Source of the DNA: Camelus ferus
Lineage: Eukaryota
DNA: 64,000 nucleotides
NCBI RefSeq assembly: GCF_009834535.1
Contig: NC_045696.1
Coordinates: 46,998,001-47,062,000, forward strand
Direction: 5' to 3'
Part shown: piece by piece, positions 38,330 to 52,224 of the stretch
Position numbering within the stretch: the first letter of the stretch is position 1
How the letters are laid out: each line of letters begins with the position of its first letter
Program-made: the position numbers and the translations under genes
The notes under the pieces: generated by a model
Database searches by the model: none
What the model was told of the DNA's origin: nothing
What the model saw: the letters and a program-made list of their open reading frames with translations, nothing else

Positions 38330-38570
38330 TAAAACATTGTAAATGCAAGTTAACACAAAACCAAGATGCCTCTTTTTATTAGCAAAATATTTGAAAAACC
38401 TAATGCTGGTGGTCTTGGGGTATAGCAAGTGCTGCTAAACGTGGCGGGTGATATTACAAAACCCTGTTTGAAAGCAACATCTCAGTAAATATAGATGATG
38501 AATAATCATCAAGTCAATTTCAAATTCATAAAATGCTAAGACAGTATAAAAAGCACCCTATTTCCCTACT
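38330..38570 (+). mobile_element. L1ME ORF2-end fragment
   Basis: aaatgcaagttaacac...aagatgcc...tttgaaagcaac. Confidence 0.45.
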
Positions 38571-38839
38571 TAGTTACTGGAAAGATCATCTCCTGGTGGG
38601 TCTATAGGAATAGAATTCTAAGGGCTGAGATGCTATTGGTTGTTAACTTTTTAACTCTGAGATACATTATTTGCCTCTGGGACCTGTAGATAATAAAAAT
38701 GAGTATTTTTTATTCCCAGTAATTTTGTCCTTTTTGATTATAAGGCAAAAAAAACGTTTGACAACTTCAAAACTCCACCTGGTAATTGTTGATAAGGAGG
38801 AATCATTTCTGAGTTCCAAGGCTTTTATATTAGTTAAAA

Positions 38840-39010
38840 CTTATCATTTATGTACTATATTCTAGGCAGTGTTGGGAGTACTTTTGTAGATATCAACTTG
38901 TTTAATCCTCCAAACCACCTAAGAGGCTTTCCCCATTTCTGTCCAGTGCCACAGAACCAAGTGTAAGAGCTTGTAAGATACAGGATCTGTATCCCAGCAG
39001 TCTTACTCCT
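38840..39010 (-). mobile_element. MIR fragment
   Basis: tactatattctaggcagtg...tttaatcctccaaaccacctaagagg. Confidence 0.65.
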
Positions 39011-40621
39011 TACTGGTCTTTCTCAATAAGATCAATTATGTTATGCTCATGTCTCTTCAGCTCAGGTAGTATCAGACAAAGATAGCTGGTCATAGTGTGA
39101 CAAACTATGGTCTATACTGCAATCAGTTGCCGTAATTATTTCTAGAGAGTTAAATGCTAGGTTTAGTTTTCATCCACACAGTATGTATTTAATATTTACC
39201 CATGAGCAAGGGTATATTCAAAATATTTATTAAGTCTTAGGGCAGGAGCACTAGCCAGTCAGAAGGGACACCACCCAGTCAGAATGCCCACAGCATTAAA
39301 CAACCAGTAGGGTCATATGGATGTAAAGTGAGTAGATATTAATCTACTCCTTAACCGACTCACCCAGGGATGTCTATGTACTTCAAGAAAATGAGCAGCT
39401 ACGTTTATCACTGACAGCATACATTATGTTTAAAGATAGCACGTGGGATCAACCTTGAGGAATTTGATGAGGACCCATAATTACAACTGCAAAGCAAGTT
39501 CTTTCTACATTTTGAGTTGTTCCATCTGGGTTCAGGAATTGGAGATCCTCACTCTCCTTGGGCCTTCAGTTCACCCTGAGACCTTCTTTGTTCTATTACT
39601 TTTTACTTAAAGAACCATTTTTAATAGGACTATACATGCAAAATAAGAATTCTACTGTCTGTTAATTGTTAGACACATGCTAAGCAGTAGAGCTCATTCT
39701 TCCTCCAGTGCAAGCTCCAAATGTGGCTCTACAAAGCCCTGCCTCCCTCCTTCTTAACTCTTCTCATTAGATTTACCTCAAACTGGAATTTGTCTTTTCT
39801 TGTATTTTAATTCAAGCCTGTGACTATCCTAATTTTGAATTCATCCTTGATAATACCTTTCTAACTTTGGCTATTCTGTTTTTAAAATCCGAGTTTAGAG
39901 AAACCTTTTCAGTCCCAAAGCTTTCTGTCACTTTTTGCAGGAGAGGAAGGAGTATTTGTGATACTGTTACTTGTGTTGAATTTGAGAGACTCATCTGTTG
40001 TGTCATTTTTCATTTTAGGGACTTTTACCATGGTGTCATAGCTAAATCCTTGCAAATGCTGAGAAGTTAGTCTTTTCCAAGTCTGTAGCAAATCTCTATC
40101 TGTGCTCAATGTCTTTTTTTTTTTGTAAGTAACATGGCTACCTTATTATAAGTCAAATAAACAGCCCATTTTTATTCCTCTTTCAGGAGAGTGGAGTTGT
40201 ACTGTGCTTATCTAAAGACAGGGGACATATGTGCTGTGGGAGGTAGTAGTTGAAACATTAGTCTCAAACCCTCTTAAGCAAGGATTCTAGTGTCTGAGTT
40301 TGTGGAGCTTCTGCAGATCAGAGGCTTTTGCTGTTTGTATCCACATCTCCCATACCACTTTTCATGGATATTGTTAGGAACCTGGAGTGAATAGCTCCCT
40401 TTTGATGGTGGAAGTTCAGAAATGAGTCTCCTAGAACTCCTGCTGGCTGTACATTCCCAGCAAAAAGACAGCTCAACCATTTTGAGCTATAAACTGATGT
40501 GTTCATAACTTTTTCATGATAGCTTTGACATGAGTAAAATTTTGTACTTCTTTGAGTATAAATAACTCTTTCATTACATCTGTGCATCCTAAAATATAAT
40601 TCAGAGACATTGTATACTTAC

Positions 40622-41179
40622 TGTGTTAGTTATCTATAGTCGTGCAGCAAATTAACCCAAAATGTAGTACCTTAAAACAACAAGCACTTAGCTTATGGTT
40701 TCTGCAGGTCAGGAATCCGAGAGCCTCGGATCCAAGGCCCCTCAAGAGGTTGTGGTCAGGGTGTCAGCCAGGGCAACATCTCATCCAAAGGCTGGATAGG
40801 AGCAGGATCTACTTTGAAGCTCACACTCATGGTTGTTAGAAGGATTCAGTTCCTTGTGGGCTGTGGGAACTGAAGGTCTTGGTTCCATGCTGGCCATGGG
40901 GAAAAGGACTCTCTCAGTTCCATGCCCTGTGGACCTCTCCATAGGACAGCTCACAGCATGGAAGCTGGCTCACTCAGAACAAGAGAGCTAGTGAGGGCCC
41001 AAGACAGAAATCAATCTTTTTGTAACCTAATCCTGGAAGTTATACCTCATCACTTCTGCTGTATTCTGTTTGTCAGAATGAGTCACTGGTTCCAGCTTAG
41101 ATTCAGGGTGGGGAATTACATAAGGGTGTGAATTCTAGGAGCCAGATCATTGGAACTCTTTTAGAAGTTGCCTATCATA
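40622..41179 (-). mobile_element. MLT1F/E-like MaLR solo LTR
   Basis: tgtgttagttatctat...ggtcaggaatcc...aggattcagttccttgtgggctgt...catcacttctgctgtattctgtt...gcctatcata. Confidence 0.85.
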
Positions 41180-41259
41180 TCTACTAGGGGAGGCATGTGT
41201 ATGCGCAAAGAAAAAAGAGTCTCAGTCAGCCGTGGGCTTAATCTAATAACTCATCAGAG

Positions 41260-41660
41260 GCCAAGCATGGTAAATGCCACAGTGGAAGTGATGACACTGC
41301 TATGGAAGTGTAAAGGAGAGTAGTTTGGGGGAGGATCTCAGAAAGCTTCAAGGAAGACATGGCTTTGAAAGATGGAAGGGGCTTTGACAGGTGGGTGTTG
41401 GCATGAAGGATATCCCAGGCTGTGGAAGCAGCTTTGGGTGGAGCACAGGCACAGTCAGCAGACTCATAAGTGCCTGTGACCAGAATCCTGGGGTGTGTGA
41501 CGAATAGGGTTGATACTACAAAGATAGCCTGGGGGAGATACTACAAAGATAGCCTGGAACTATATTTTGGTATCTTAAATTTTAGTTTGAAGAGTTTGTG
41601 TTTTGGGGGCAACATAAATCTTTTGGATATTTGAGGAGAATAAACTGATCAAGGCATGTA
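41260..41660 (-). mobile_element. L2 fragment
   Basis: Purine-rich L2-antisense pattern: agaaagcttcaaggaagacatggctttgaaagatgg...atcccaggctgtggaagcagc. Confidence 0.5.
41512..41557. repeat. Short direct duplication (21-bp core, period 25)
   Basis: gatactacaaagatagcctgg occurs twice. Confidence 0.9.
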
Positions 41661-41699
41661 TCTGGGTCATATTCTCTGTCCTCTGTAACATGTGGTATG

Positions 41700-41900
41700 A
41701 GGTTAATAGCAGATTCTGTACACTTAGGCCTTGCCATTTGCTATGGGTTTGTAGTAAATTATTCAATCTGTTGCCCCACAATCTACTCATCTATAAAATG
41801 GACATATTAGTATGTATCTCATAGAGTTATTGCTAAGATTAAGTAAAGGAGTGTTTATAACATAGCAAATCTCCTGTCACATCACCAGCAAGTATTGAGT
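41700..41900 (+). mobile_element. MIR fragment
   Basis: ctcatctataaaatggacatattagtatgtatctcatagagttattgctaagattaagt. Confidence 0.75.
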
Positions 41901-42179
41901 GACTTTTATTAATTACAAAATGAACCACAGCAGAGCTACTTCTGTGAGTGAGTGAAAGAGGTCCTATTGCTTAAGCCATCTTTGTGGGCTGCAAAAGACG
42001 AAAGCTTTGTAAGGTCAGCTTTTTGTAGTTGACTCTATTTACTTTGTATATGAGTCTGAGTGCCCACCTGGAAGGCAAGAGCATCCAGAAAGCACATCTC
42101 ACCAAAGATGTGTGTGGCTGAAATGGTCACACCTGCACATGCCCAAAAGATAAGTGGCTTCTCAGCCTCTTGATGATGC

Positions 42180-42330
42180 ACACAGCGTGGAGTGGAAGGA
42201 GAATGGGCTTTGGAAGAGGACTTGGGTCCACTGCTCAAGTATTTTTGTGACTTTGAGCGGTTTACTTACTCTCTGAATTTCCACCTTCTCATTTCAAGTG
42301 GAGATCAAACAGGGACTTAAATGAGGACTA
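42180..42330 (+). mobile_element. MIR fragment
   Basis: tgtgactttgagcggtttacttactctctgaatttcc. Confidence 0.5.
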
Positions 42331-44949
42331 TTATAGCTCATAACTAATTATCGAGCCTTTTAACATCTTTTCAAAGATTTATCTCCATAGAGAAGTCTCC
42401 TTTAACTCTCCATCTTTTAAGGCTCTATCTATAGCTGTTCTAATTGAATTTTTTTTCTTTTCTATAGTTTATATGCCATTAGCCCTGCCAGCTACAGAGA
42501 AGAGAGGAATTTCTGGGAAGGAAAAATCTACCTTACTCTACCATAGATTTTCTTAAAGAGAGAAAATGATCTGTAATTGATTAGTTTATTATCATCATAT
42601 TTTTCAATTCTGCCTACTTAGAATCTTACTTCTCCTTTTACTGTTTTACCCTTTGGTCAATATCATAAAATACTTCAACGTCCATTTTCCCCCTCAATAC
42701 TGAGTTGGCAGTATTTTTTTAGATTCAAAATTACTTGTTCTTCTGAACTTGTCTTAATCTAACTTATTACACCTAACATCTCCAGGTTAGAAGGATGGCT
42801 ATCAGAAACATACTTCTACTCTCTAGCCAATTTAAAATCAGTATCTGTGGAGGACAACTATGACCTGGGATACTGTATATGCAGAGCATGTAAAATATTA
42901 CCCACTTTACTAGAGTTGGGGCCTGGTAGGGGAAAAAAAACAACGAAAGCTCAGCGGAAGGAACAGATGAGAATTATGTCTCTGAAATCTGTGTCTCTGC
43001 AGATGCACAGCGTAGAATACACAGGTGAATCGTCTCTTCCCCGTGTACCTTTTGACTGGGGCTTGTGGTACTGCTGAAGGGAAGAGACAGGTCAGTGACT
43101 TCTATGGAATCACTTCGAAGGAGTTGTTAAGAGCTTCTTCTCTACCCAGGTAGTTCTAACAATTCTTGTTTTTTTCCTTCTGAACATAGAAATCTTTCCT
43201 AGGAATTGCTCCAAGACTAACCAGAAAGAACTCTGGTCTCACTCAATACTTTCCTTCAGCCTTCCTCAGTTTCCCTAGAAATAGAGGGCCCACACTCAGT
43301 ATGTAAATCTTTGGGTCCCTGGAAAGTCATTGTGACCTTTTACTAGTTTTCCAGCCTCAGAAAGGGTACTTCCACTTTAACAAATCGTGAATAGTGGCTT
43401 CCAAAACTGGTTTTTAAGCCCCCAAAATAAAAAAAAAACCACGAATTCATTTTTTAAAGTGGATATGCACTTGATGTTCTTAATTGGAGGGACTTTTTAA
43501 TCTCATAGAATGTACAATCATAAACACTGAAGTTAAGTGTAGGATACATTTAGGGATGTTGGTTTACTATTGTTTCATCTCTGATTGGATTGAATGATAA
43601 TTAGGAATAGTAGGACTTTTACCATATTTTTATCTTATGTGGGGAAGAGAAAACCCAAAGCCTTTTTGGAATCTAGGCGTGCTATCCCTACTGTTCCTTC
43701 CTGTCCACATGACTGGTCTTCTTGTGAGAATCTAAATTTCCTCTAAAATAACCACATCAGTTGCTAAACATCAGTCCTAAAAATTTACACATTGACAAAT
43801 TATAGGATTGATCTAATTATATATAAACTAGGCTATCAGCTTTATCAAGATCATCTTGGCAACAAGGAAAAGAAACCTGTTTACTCTTAAAAAAAAAAAA
43901 AAAAAGCTCAAAATGTTGTTTTTTTAGAAAGACCCAGGAAGTATAGAATAGCCTAAGTGAAAATGGGGGCAATAGATGGAGTCAGGGCTTGGAAATCTTA
44001 AGACAGTGTAGTGGGAGATGAGAAAGGAGGTGAGAATGATAGGGTTGTGCCAGGGCAGGCTGCTCTCTGAATTTGAGATTTAATGGGTAGAGCTGTTCTG
44101 GGTGATAAGGGCAGGATTTCATCTATGGAGATGACAGATTGAATGAAGAAGTGATTGGCTTTGGAATTCTTGATTATTTTTTCATGGAGTTTTAGATTTG
44201 TTGTCACATGGGCATCAAAATTACCCAAGATGGTGAGGGAGACTGAGTTTTGGTGCTAGTTTTCAAAATCTACAGGAGCTGATCAGGATTTAGTAGATAA
44301 CAAATGAGGAAGGGGCATAGGGAGGCTAAGACAGATGACCCAAGCCACAAAGTATTTGTTAAAAAACACTTTATACCTATGAAGGCTATAAAGAATACTA
44401 TAACCCAACCATATATGCCCCAACCAGCTTAATATAGCTGACACTCCCTGGGGGCCCTCCTGTGTAGGAGCAAGGGTCACTTCAGAGTTTCGGTTTTCAC
44501 AGTGAAATCCAAAAGCACCGAAGATACGGAAGTGATGGTTTGGAAAGAACATTGCTGAACAAGGAGATTGCCAGATTCTTATCTACAGATTCCAGTGTGA
44601 GAAAGATGGAAAAATGAATCACTCCTTCCTAAGGAAAAAGAGAAGGGGAAATGGCACCTTTGGGAATGAATCAGGTTTCAGTTGAGGCTGGAAAATAGCA
44701 GAAATCTCAGCAGGTTATGGGTAAAGGGCAGTTTATTGTGGAGTGAGGTTTTCAGAGGGCACGAGGGAGAGATCTGAGAGGCGCAGGAAAAGTAGGAGGC
44801 TGGGTCAAGGGAGGAGCATCACAGAGTATGTGAGAAGTTGAGTGTCTTGTTCACAGAGTAAAATGCCAGTTTTGCTGAGATGTGAAGATGAAAAAGAACA
44901 GCTCGGGACTTTCAAGGATGACCTGTCAGGGAGTTTGAGTGCATTCATT

Positions 44950-45273
44950 TGTGTCTTAGGGGAGATTCTACTACAGGCAGCTGCTTAGCCAAAGGTTTAG
45001 GTGCAAATGACTTATTAAGATAGTCCTCCCAGCAGAAATCAGTTAGGGAGTTGGGTAGCCAGCGTGGTAGGTGGGATGAGAACATAACCCAGGTGAGTCA
45101 ATGACAAGAATCCAGGTATATGGCTGATTGGCTTGGTTCTGCAGTGGTAGCCAAAAGGGAGGGTCTGATACTTACTGGGGAAAATGACTACTCAGGTCCT
45201 AGCAGTGATGGTAAGTTCTGTGGAGTATGTGAGTCAAGGTAATCTGAAGGGGCACACAAAATTTGGGTCCAAC
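44950..45273 (-). mobile_element. Old ERVL LTR fragment
   Basis: tgtcttagg...ggtgcaaatgacttattaag...cagttagggagttggg is the antisense of an ERVL LTR 3' end (...cctaagaca). Confidence 0.45.
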
Positions 45274-45284
45274 ACATGTGCTAA

Positions 45285-46500
45285 ATCACATTTATAGATC
45301 TTTCTAATATTAAACCTTTGGATTCCTGGAGAAAACCCAACTTGGTCACTGTGCCAGCCATGAAAATATAGGGCCCGGATCACCTACTGTACGGAGTATC
45401 ATTGATTGACAGCCCCAGTTGCTGCCCTCTGAAGGAAACACCGCCTTTGTGTTCTGTCCACGCTTACCTCGGGCCAGACTGATCTCACCAGATGCTCGGC
45501 CACTGTTTACTCAGCCAGTGATGGAGCACCGTGGCAATACTAACGCAGACTCATTCCTGAGGGCACGGGGGTCCTCTAATGGGTGACTGGCCTAAGGGCT
45601 CCCCAGTGGCCTTGTCAAAGCTTTCTTAGAACTGCACTGCAGTCTGAGGGTCTTTTTATTCCGTTTCCTCCTTCACTCCTTCCAAGTCACCGTCTGAAAG
45701 TTCTGCTGCCTTCTGTTTCCTTACCTTTACCCTTTGTAAGAGTTTCCCTCAATAAACCTCTTGTCTGTGTTATCTCGTCATGCTGTCTGCTTGTTAGAGG
45801 ACACGTGATTAGCACAGTCATGGTCTATTACCTGTTTAAACATTGTTAGATCTGGTGCACTAACATTTTGTCTGGATTTCCCTGTCTATTTTCACGAGGG
45901 AAATAGGTTGCTTATTTTTTCTCCTCATGCTGCCTGGTTTTAATACCAAGGTGATACTGTCCTTGAAGTTCGGTTGAGTTCATCTGGAAAGCCATCTGGG
46001 CCTGCTGTGTGTGTGTGAGTGAGAGGGAGAGAGGGGAAGGGTTTATTATCCAGTTTCTTTAATGATTGTAGGATTCTTTAAGCTTTCTGTTTGGGGGTGG
46101 GGGGCAATTTTGCAAAGGAAAGATTTCTAGGAAATTGTTTTCAAATCCATTTGCAGAAAGTTGCTGATATTTTCAAATTTCAGCCTTATTTGTAGTTATG
46201 CCACCTTTTTTATAATAATTTTCTCCTTTAATTTTGCCAGAAGTTTGTCTATTGTTAATTTTTAGTCTTATCAGTTTTTGACTACCCTTTTCAATTTTAT
46301 ATATATATTCTATTTCATTTATTTCCACTATTAAGTTTGTTCTTTTGTTATTTTTCCAACTTCTTAGATTTTATGGTTATTTCATAAATTTTCAGCATTT
46401 ATTCATTTTTAATGTTTTTATGACTATATAAATGTCCCTTAAAGGACTGCTTTCACTACACTCCACATATTTGTATATGTTGTATTCTTTTTTATTTGGT
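45285..46500 (-). mobile_element. L1ME ORF2 fragment, split by an LTR16 at 45350-45816
   Basis: attcctggagaaaacccaacttggtca|tggtctatta is continuous across the LTR; also gccatctgggcctg. Confidence 0.7.
45350..45816 (+). mobile_element. LTR16 (C-like) ERVL solo LTR
   Basis: tgtgccagccatg...ctttcttagaactgcactgcagtctgag...caataaacctcttg...agcaca, with a 5-bp TSD gtcac/gtcat. Confidence 0.85.
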
Positions 46501-46504
46501 TGTA

Positions 46505-47445
46505 ATTAAAATTTTGCTTTGGAATAATTTTAGAGTTACAGAAAAGTTGCAAGAATATTGGAGTTCTTGTTTACTTTCACCCAGCTTTCCCATTAACATC
46601 TTATATAGCCATGGTTCATTTGTCAAAACTAAGAAACTGGCAATGATAAAATGCTATTAACTAAACTACAAATTTTATTTGAATTTTACCAGTTTTCTGC
46701 TACTTTTTTTTTGTTTGTTTGTTTTTTGAAGTACAGTCAATTACAATAAGTCAATTTCTGGTGAACAGCACAACATCCCAGTCATTCATATACAACCTTT
46801 TTTTTTCTATTCCATCCAACCAAGAATTCCATGTTGCATTTAATAGTTATATCTCCTTAATCTTCTCTAATATGCGGCAGTTTCTCTCTCTCTTTGTTTT
46901 TGTGACCATGATAGTTTTGAGGTGTAATGGTCAGATAATTTGTTGACTGTTTCTCAGTGTGGTTTTCTGTTGTTTCTCTCCTGGTAAGACTGGGGTTAGT
47001 GGGTTTTGTGGCAGAACACTGTACGAGTGAAGTGCCCTTCTTATCATATGGGTGGGGAGACATGCTATAATGTTAACCTTGATCACCTGGTTAAGATGAT
47101 GTCTGCCCAGGTTTTCCCACTGTAAAGTTACTATTTTCCCCCTTTTCATACTCTACTTGTTGCAAGTGAATAGCTAAGTCCAGCTCACACTCAAAGGGTG
47201 ATGAATTAAGCTCCACCTCCTGGGGGAGGGTAGTATGTACTATATATTCTTCAGAATTCTTTGGTAAGGAAAAATGTTATTTATTCAACCGTTTATGTCA
47301 GTATGGACACATGGATTTTTAAAAATTTAGGGGGTTATAATCCAATATTATAATTTATTTTGCTGCTTAAAATTTCCATCTTTGGCCATTAGGGGCTCCT
47401 TGAGGTCCTTTGATATACCCCAACATTTCTTTTAATTAGCACTTT
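46505..47445 (-). mobile_element. L1MC4-like 3' UTR
   Basis: aataattttagagttacagaaaagttgcaag...catttgtcaaaactaagaaa...ttaaccttgatcacctggttaag...ccactgtaaagttactatttt. Confidence 0.85.
46704..46793 (-). mobile_element. Short, heavily 5'-truncated camelid-type L1 3' end
   Basis: Poly-T followed by tgaagtacagtcaattacaat...aatttctggtgaacagcacaacatcccagtcat. Confidence 0.7.
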
Positions 47446-49199
47446 CTTTCCCCTCTCCATCGCCCCAATTTGTTTTCCTTAGACCATTCATATTTACCTG
47501 TAATGGAACAAATATATTTTTCTAGAGAAAAATTCTAGGCTAAATTAATAAAATATATTATTTTATCCCCAGTTTTGATACTTATTTATAAGAAAAAAGT
47601 CTTACATAGATAAAAAACAGTTAGATATATTCTAAATTGCTTTCAGGTGAAAAATACTTGAAGCATGCAAAATTCGACAAAAGTGTCAGTTAATATATTT
47701 GTGTTATTTTCATCAATCATATTCTGCTGGAGTTAATGGCATATTGTTCCCTTCATACTTGTTGGAAGAAATCAGCTGGCTTAATTGTTAAATTTTTTGA
47801 AATTTCTTGGCAAGCCAGAGTAATTCATTTGGATTATCAAGAGAAGTTTTATAGTATAATGGTCCAAATTCTGATTCTCAAAAGTTGTTAATCACTGGAA
47901 ATTAACTGCATCCCACATCCATATTGGCAGTGAGAATGAATTTGCTTGTGTGTTATGTTTATAGATTTGATTTCCCATCTCAGCAGATACAGAACAGGAA
48001 TCCCCTTTGGTGCATCTCAAGACTGATTGGAAAGCTTAAGAGGCCATTTAAAATTGGGATTTGGGGAAGATGTGAGTATATTTGGTATATTTTATCATGA
48101 ATATTTGACTCTGTCATTTACCCCAGTATATAAGTATTATAAACTGTTTTAAGTGCAACATTTAACAGACACATTCAGTCATTTTTTAAATAAATGGGGT
48201 TTTGGCAACTGTGTGCTAAACGCCCACACGCTAATCCTATTTCTTGTGTAAGATTTTACCATTCATCAAAATGCACTGTGAATTCAATAGAGAGTTAGAG
48301 CTTATAGATCTTCCAGATCTTGTCTTAAAGAGTTACAGGGTTGAGAACATTTACAAAATTCTATTATTTATTTTCTTTAGTTTACTACATGGAAACAAGT
48401 GTGTGTATCTGCATATAGTATATATACTTGGAAAATTGCTCCACTGGTAGCAAACCTGTATTTTTTTTTCTCCAGCTATTTGATTTGCAGGTGGTGGAGA
48501 ACAAAACCTGGGAGGCTTGTCTGTCTGTATTTTCTAATAAGCCTGTAATCACTTTGTTAAGCCCCTAGGGGCAGTCTTTGCCTAAACTGTCTCTTGAGTG
48601 GTTCCAGGTACTGACACAAATTGACAAGTAATTAAAGACAAATGTAAATGTGCCCACTAAATTTGGACCTGTGGTTAATGCTTAATTATGTTATTTAGTG
48701 CATGGTAAAACACTTCAGATGATGACTAACAGTTTGAAAATATCAAGTAATATCAAATATCAAGGATGATTTATCCAGACGTATGAAGGGGAAAATGGAA
48801 GTTCAAGCAAAGGGAAGGTCCTGCCAAGTCAATCTGTGCCAAAATTACTAACAAACTGAAACTCAGTTCTTAATGTTACTTTCAGAATCCTCCAACTTTT
48901 TCTTACCACTTTTCCTAGATTTAATCTGAGGTTGGGAATAGGCATCAGGAGGGACTGAAGCTTTCAGAGTTGGTCTCTTCCAACTAGGGACCAAGCTAGA
49001 GCAACACCACCTGGTCTACATTTGATTTCATTGGCTTTAAGACCTGGCATGAATTTTATTTCTTCTAGGTTCATCTAAAGAGATGTGTAAGACCACAAAT
49101 TAGTTGACTCTGTATAACAGCAGAGAAAATGGGTGACACGCAGTGGTTTTGGTGAGCTTGTACCTCACAGGTTATGAAGAGAAGGGTGCAGGTGTACTC

Positions 49200-49620
49200 T
49201 AGTGACTGTGTCCATCATCTGCCTGATGGTCCTGTTCTCCTTCTGTCCTTCCCTTACTCTGCTGTGCATCACAAGGAGCTACATTTCCATAGCCCCCTTT
49301 CCCTCCGGCTTCTGGTAGGTCTGACCTCTAGGAAGCACAGGCAGAGAACTGGAGGGCTGGAGGGGAGAAGCCAGACTACTGCCCCACATCCTCACTTCCT
49401 GGAATGTCTCCTCTGCATCACCTCAGGGTTCTAGCCCCCTACACCTGTGACTGCTAACACCACCTCTCATTGTCCCTCCAGCCCAGGGGCTGTTGCAGCT
49501 TCTTGTCATTGCTAATCACTGCATTGCCTCACTCATTCCTGTCGCTTCCCATCTCTCCCATCACCCAATTTCCTGTAATTAATTTCTTCTTGCTGTTTCC
49601 TGGCTGGACCTTGTAGACTA
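49200..49620 (+). mobile_element. LTR33-like ERVL LTR
   Basis: ggcttctggtaggtctgacc...gaagcacaggcagagaactggagggctggagg...gcagcttcttgtcattgctaatc...tttcctggctggacc. Confidence 0.6.
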
Positions 49621-49650
49621 CTAGCTATGTCACTGGACAGGTGTCAATAA

Positions 49651-50070
49651 GAGTAGTAGTCCCTGTTGATGTCCTGCTCAGATCCTGTTTGCTGGGCAGG
49701 TGCACCCCACCCTCCTGCTGTTACGAATGTTGGCCTCCAATGGCTTGTGGATGCACCCTTCTCTAGAGAAGTGCGCTTGCCCAGGGATGCCTGGGAAGCT
49801 GTGCTGTCCCATCTGGGATGGCCCATGGCCAATGACTGACTGATTTGAGGATACAAAATATTGACCCCTTACCTCAAGGATGAATAAGACTGTAGTGCCA
49901 TTTGTTAGAGACCAGACTTAGCCAAGCTCATCTTCACCTGGCTTCTTTCCCTTCTCTGCCCTGTTTCCCTCACTTCCTTACAGCTTTCTCTTGAAGGTAT
50001 ACTGTTAAAAAATCAGCTGCACAAGAATTCTCATCTCTGGCCATACTTCCAGGGAGCCTGACCTAAGAAA
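49651..50070 (+). mobile_element. ERVL LTR (LTR16E/LTR41-like)
   Basis: gtagtagtccctgttgatgtcctgctcagatcc...gccaatgactgactg...gcacaagaattctcatctc...agggagcctgacctaaga. Confidence 0.7.
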
Positions 50071-52224
50071 GTATATTTCCTAGGAGAAATGGAGAAAATC
50101 AGTTAATCTTGTGAGATAGTTAAGTGGAAGTTGTAAACAGAGCTTCAAGTACAGTTCCTAACAGGGTCGTGATGGTGAGAATGAAAAAGCAGCAGCTGGA
50201 GGATTCTTGGAGGGCTCTCTGCAGTTGTTGTAGAACTCAGAAATTTTGATATGTAGAAAAATAGTGCCTTGCAAAATTAAGAAGGTTTAGAAAGGCTAGA
50301 TGTTATGGTAAAAAGATGATATCATACTTTTGACTAGGTGAGTGCAGAGTCCCGAGTTTTAAGAGTAAAAATACCTGGAGGTGATTACAAATGCAAGTCT
50401 GGTCTAAGACTAGATGTATAAACTCTGAGAGACAATTATATAAAGGCCATTTTTTCTCAGATTTGAATAATACTTAATTCTCTTTTTTGGGAAAATTCTT
50501 GTATCCCCTCGTATGACATAAATGATTTTTAGCACAAAATTATTATTTTTTGAGCTACTGGTGACCTTTCCATGAGGCATGTCATTTGGTCTTCAGTTGA
50601 TGAAAACATGTCTGCTCCTGTCCTTTTTAACATGAGGCAAAATGGTCCAGCTTCATGCCGAACCAAAGCAACATTAACGCTGAAACTGTGTAGCAGCGTT
50701 TTAAAGTGATCATCCAGGAGACCAAAAATATGGGTCATTTTATCACAGAAATGAAAATAAAGTTCCTCAGTGATGTTTAAATCAGGAAGGATACATCCTT
50801 GGACCATTTGAGGATGAAACTTTTAGAGCGACCATCTCAGGCTCTGATTTCAGGGACACGCAGGCTACAGCAAAGACTGGTTTAGACAGGAGGTAAGACC
50901 ACAGTTCAGGGGGACTAAGACCAGGAACGAAAGAAAAACGGTCGGCACAGCCATGCATTATTGATTAGGTCACCATCTCCAGGGGCTGAGTTTAGTCTTT
51001 TGGGACCTTTTGAGGAATGTTAGGAAATGTGCTTCGGAACTGTCAGCATTTCTCTATCCCTTCCAGTCCTCCGGCGGGCCTGCCTCCTCCCTAGCTCTGG
51101 ACTGCATGTGCATGGGGAAGCGCAGTGTGAGGTTTCCTGGGCTCCCTCTCTTCCTGCTTGAGAACTTCTAGGCGCTGGTATGGTCTTGGGGCAGGGTGCT
51201 CTGGGCTGCACCTGCAGTCAGCCGGCCGAAGCCTTTGCAGAGCTGCTTGCTGCAGTATGGACGAATAAGAGCTTTACTAAGTCGCGCCTGACAGATGTCC
51301 ATACAGGCTACTACCTGGAGGGTGACAAGACCTGATCTAGAGTAAGGTCTGGCTCTGCCACATAGAAATTAATCTCTGTGACCTTAGGCAAGTTAGTCCT
51401 AAATTACTAATGTGAATATTAAGGCTGATGGTGTTTTGGAACTGACCTCCCATTATACCCACTTGCAGAGTTAAAATGACTTCATGAGGGCCCTCACTTT
51501 GCTCCCCAGACCCCTCAACTAAATTCTCTTTAATTTTCAAAGATAGTATTTTTGAGGGATTGAGGATGGCTTCACAGAGGAGGTGTCACTTTCTCTTCTG
51601 CATGTGCACTGTCCCCAGCGGAAGTCTAGCACACGCCATGTGTGGTGTCATTGCATATCCCTTTCTGCTGGACTGGACTGTGGGACACAGATCGATTTTT
51701 GTCTTTGTGCCCACAACACTGGCAAGTTGCTTATCAAGCTGTTGTACTGACGAATACTATTAGTACAGTTAATACTAACTGTTGTACTAACAGAGAAAGA
51801 AATTAAGAGACAAAAAAGGTAGAGGAGGGAGGGGGCAGGGTGGCAACCATTGAACTTGTACTCCATATTCTTGTGAGCACCTACTCTTTTGTTACCGTGA
51901 GCAAAGCAGATCTATGGTCCAGGACCGTCTCTCTGAAAGAAAGTTTTCTCCACTCTTACATCCTCAGACTTGCCTTTTGCCATTTTGTGGATTTCTTCTT
52001 CTTTTGAATCTATTCTTGAAAGTTGTGGCTTCTCAATTTTTTAAATATGACAAGAACATTGCTTGGAGTGAGGAAGGTTGGCATGAGAAAGGGAGGAGCT
52101 TGTCTTGGCCTCAGATTTCTTCGGGACCAAAGCTCTTGTCTCCATGACTCCTGCAACTTCCTCCTGTTGTTAAGATAAGTTAGAAAGACAATGGAAGATA
52201 AGGGGAAGGAGGTAGAGTGTGAAA

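Noticed and set aside
47981..48071. AG/GT-flanked segment with one open frame (similar cases near 40187, 48476, 33585 and 3452-3558 on the minus strand)
   Set aside because: I recognise no protein similarity, and pseudo-exons like these are expected by chance in 64 kb.
50576..50613. Two p53-like half sites (aggcatgtca, aaacatgtct)
   Set aside because: The spacer of about 18 bp is non-canonical, so this is likely chance.
51760..51790. Small imperfect hairpin (ttagtacagtta...taactgttgtactaa)
   Set aside because: It is too short and AT-rich to support a miRNA or MITE call.
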